This document shows positions 61,503 to 64,000 of a stretch of DNA of 64,000 nt, in pieces (positions within the stretch are counted from its first letter, which is position 1; each line of letters begins with the position of its first letter). This DNA is from Opitutales bacterium. GTDB taxonomy: Bacteria > Verrucomicrobiota > Verrucomicrobiia > Opitutales > UBA953. The translations under genes were made by a program, and so were the position numbers. The notes beneath the pieces were generated by a model that saw nothing but the letters and a program-made list of their open reading frames with translations, had not been told where the DNA came from and searched no databases. The stretch is from NCBI GenBank assembly GCA_040398005.1, contig JBBAUX010000002.1, forward strand, positions 1 through 64,000. Reading direction: 5' to 3'.

Positions 61503-62447
61503 ATGGCTGCTGCGCGAATTCGTTGTGGGGTAGTGGGGACCGGTTCACTCGGTCAACATCATGCCCGTATTTACTCCACCTTACCAGATGCGGAGCTCGC
61601 TGGTATTTATGAGCCTAACGATGAGCGGGCCCAAGAAATTTGTGCCAAGCACAAGTGCAAAAGATTTTTATCGTTAGATGAAATGGCCGCCGCGTGTGAT
61701 GCGGTGAGTGTCGTGGTTCCGACCAATTTACACGCCGAGGTTGCCATTCCATTGCTGAAAAAGGGATGTCACCTTCTCATTGAGAAACCTTTGTGTGTAA
61801 CCTTAGAAGAAGCGTCCCAGATTTTGAATGCGGCTCATGAGTCTCAACGTATTGTGCAAGTGGGACACATTGAACATTATAATCCGGTGATGTCCTCTTT
61901 GGAGAAAACCGCTACCAACCCACGCTACATCACCGCCGAACGATTAGCCCCATTCACCCCACGTGGCACTGAAGTAGGTGTAGTGCTAGATTTAATGATT
62001 CACGATATTGGAATCGTTTTACAATTAGCCAATTCGCCGGTGGAGCGGATTGATGCAGTCGGCGTCTCCGTCGTCACCAAAACCGAAGACATCGCTAACG
62101 CGCGAATACTTTTCAAGAACGGCTGTGTGGCTAATTTAAATGCCAGTCGGGTTTCGCTGAAGAAGAATCGTGAGATTCGGGTGTTCCAAAATGGCAGTTA
62201 TCTCTCGATTGATTTCATGGAGCAGAAGGGGCACACCGTGCGCATTGATCCCACCGTGCCGGGTGGAATCATTAAAGAAGAGATTCCGATTGAGAAGGCC
62301 GAGCCTCTCGCGGTGGAATTAAACTCATTCGTGAACTGTGTTCGCGAAAGAAAAAGTCCCAAAGTTTCGGGAGAGCTGGGACGTAATGCTTTAGATGTAG
62401 CGATTAAAATCACGGAACAGATTCGCGCAGGAATGCAGCGTGCATGA
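61503..62447 (+). CDS. Gfo/Idh/MocA oxidoreductase, GnnA-like
   Basis: GVVGTGSLG, IEKP, VGHIEHYNP, VVLDLMIHD, DIANAR, ASRVS; coupled to lpxB. Confidence 0.8.
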   Translation: MAAARIRCGVVGTGSLGQHHARIYSTLPDAELAGIYEPNDERAQEICAKHKCKRFLSLDEMAAACDAVSVVVPTNLHAEVAIPLLKKGCHLLIEKPLCVTLEEASQILNAAHESQRIVQVGHIEHYNPVMSSLEKTATNPRYITAERLAPFTPRGTEVGVVLDLMIHDIGIVLQLANSPVERIDAVGVSVVTKTEDIANARILFKNGCVANLNASRVSLKKNREIRVFQNGSYLSIDFMEQKGHTVRIDPTVPGGIIKEEIPIEKAEPLAVELNSFVNCVRERKSPKVSGELGRNALDVAIKITEQIRAGMQRA

Positions 62448-63634
62448 GTCATTTTCCCTCCATCCCAGTAAAATTTGAGCGTCCACGAGCGGGTGGGGTC
62501 GATGTATTGATTTTAGCCGGAGAGCATTCGGGCGATCAGCACGCCGCGAAAATCGTGAAGGAGCTTTTAACGAAAAATCCTCAATTAAAAATCGCGGCGT
62601 TTGGTGGACCGAGTCTGCGAGCGGCAGGTGCTCAATTACTTTTTGATATGACCGGATTTTCTGCCGTAGGGATTGTCGAAGTTCTAGCCGCGTATCCTTT
62701 TTACAAAAAACTTTTTTCTCGGATGGTAGATTGGACGAAAGTGTGGAAGCCAGGTTTGGTCATTTTAGTCGACTACCCTGGACTGAATTTACGATTTGCG
62801 GATGAATTACGCGAGGCCGGGATTTCGGTGAAGGGCGGAGGTAAGACCCAAGTGATTCAATATGTAAGCCCACAATTATGGGCCTGGAAACCCAATCGGC
62901 GATTTTCGATGGCTCGTGACCTCGATGCGCTCGGAACGATTTTTCCTTTTGAGCCTGCTGTTTATAAAGACACGAAGTTAGATGCCCGATTTGTGGGACA
63001 TCCTTTTGCCGAACCAGGTCATCATTCTAATTTATCTTACGACCCCGACGGGCCCATTTTACTTTTACCCGGAAGTCGCCCCAAGCCGGTTAAGAAAATC
63101 TTTCCCACGTTGATTGAAGCTTTCGCTCTGTTTCGGAAAAATTATCCCAAGAAACGTGCGGTCGTTTTACACACGGGTGGTGCAGTGCATGCGGAACTCT
63201 ATCGACTCTGTGCGGAATATGGTAATCAAGCGAAGGGTATTGATTTACTCCCTGTCGGTGAAGCAAATATCGCAGCGAGCGCAGCACTCGTCAGTTCTGG
63301 AACGATGTCATTAACCGTAGCATTAGCGGGGATTCCTGGTGCGGTGGTTTATCGAGCTAATCCCTTAACCTGGTGGGTGGGACGTCGATTAATCGCTGGG
63401 AGAATCGACAATCTGGGTATCGCGAATATTTTATTAAAACGTCAAGCCTGGCCCGAGTATTTACAGACGGAATGTGAGCTCGAGTCTTTAGCGGAAAGAC
63501 TTAAGCAGTGCGTGGAAGATTCTTCGGTTCGTCAATCAGCGCAGGCCGATGCTAAAGAACTTTTCACCCTTCTCTCCGCTCAGGCTGGATCAACACCCGT
63601 TGAGTGGATTTCTAGTTTTATAAATCCCAAGTAA
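62444..63634 (+). CDS. lpxB: Lipid-A-disaccharide synthase
   Basis: AGEHSGD, VDYPGLN, YVSPQLWAW, IFPFE, FVGHP, LLPGSR, SGT. Confidence 0.92.
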   Translation: MSHFPSIPVKFERPRAGGVDVLILAGEHSGDQHAAKIVKELLTKNPQLKIAAFGGPSLRAAGAQLLFDMTGFSAVGIVEVLAAYPFYKKLFSRMVDWTKVWKPGLVILVDYPGLNLRFADELREAGISVKGGGKTQVIQYVSPQLWAWKPNRRFSMARDLDALGTIFPFEPAVYKDTKLDARFVGHPFAEPGHHSNLSYDPDGPILLLPGSRPKPVKKIFPTLIEAFALFRKNYPKKRAVVLHTGGAVHAELYRLCAEYGNQAKGIDLLPVGEANIAASAALVSSGTMSLTVALAGIPGAVVYRANPLTWWVGRRLIAGRIDNLGIANILLKRQAWPEYLQTECELESLAERLKQCVEDSSVRQSAQADAKELFTLLSAQAGSTPVEWISSFINPK

Positions 63635-63636
63635 TT

Positions 63637-64000
63637 ATGAAAATTATTATTTTGGGATGTGGTTATATTGGGACGGCTTTAGCCCACTTAGCAAAATCTC
63701 AAGGTCACGAAGTTGTAGGTGTGGTTCGATCCGATAAATCAAAACAACAATTAGAGTCGTCGGGCATACCGAGTTTGGCTTTTGATATTTCTAGTTCCGA
63801 TTGGTCGGGACTGCCCAATGATTTTGATGCGGTGGTTTATGCGGCGAGTACGGGTGGAGGCGGTCCCGATGCGTATACTTTGGCCTATGATTTAGGGGTT
63901 AAGAATGCGATTCGTTGGGCTGAGCAATCCAAGGTGAGCTGTTTTATTTTTACTAGTTCAACCGGGGTGTATCGGCAGGATGATGGGGGACGCGTCACGG
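63637..64000 (+). CDS. NAD-dependent epimerase/dehydratase (atypical SDR), 3' truncated by window edge
   Basis: Not in ORF track. Translates MKIIILGCGYIG...FIFTSSTGVY, open to the end of the window. Confidence 0.85.
   Translation, partial: MKIIILGCGYIGTALAHLAKSQGHEVVGVVRSDKSKQQLESSGIPSLAFDISSSDWSGLPNDFDAVVYAASTGGGGPDAYTLAYDLGVKNAIRWAEQSKVSCFIFTSSTGVYRQDDGGRVT

Overview
Gene-dense bacterial chromosomal window, mostly housekeeping. It is probably from a streamlined Verrucomicrobiota (Opitutia-like) genome; this is inferred from the L28/RpoZ types, the IPEP-CTERM protein, mcsAB-clpC and oleCD, and was not checked by search. It holds about 52 CDSs and one tRNA-Ala(GGC). I saw no rRNA, CRISPR, transposase, integrase or phage genes. 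Contents include translation/transcription genes (nusA-infB-rbfA, truB, ribF, ettA, smpB, rpoZ, rpmB, argS, mfd), proteostasis genes (mcsA-mcsB, clpC, clpB, sppA), lipid/envelope genes (Wzc-type BY-kinase, mpl, KS+ACP, fabV, oleC-oleD-thioesterase, gnnA-like-lpxB) and one-carbon metabolism (metF, fused gcvP). Most notable observations: (1) a Gly/Tyr-rich repeat N-terminus on the BY-kinase, missed by the ORF track; (2) an 8.6-kb block that reads as a circularly permuted mcsA-mcsB-clpC unit splitting the nusA-infB-rbfA-DHH-truB-ribF operon; (3) oleC-oleD-thioesterase with no adjacent oleA/oleB, plus an atypical KS/ACP pair elsewhere; (4) a small Cys-cluster membrane protein paired with a PEP-CTERM metalloprotease; (5) recurrent leaderless-type promoters; (6) a possible sigma54 enhancer architecture at clpB. 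No database searches were run; all family calls rest on motif recognition.
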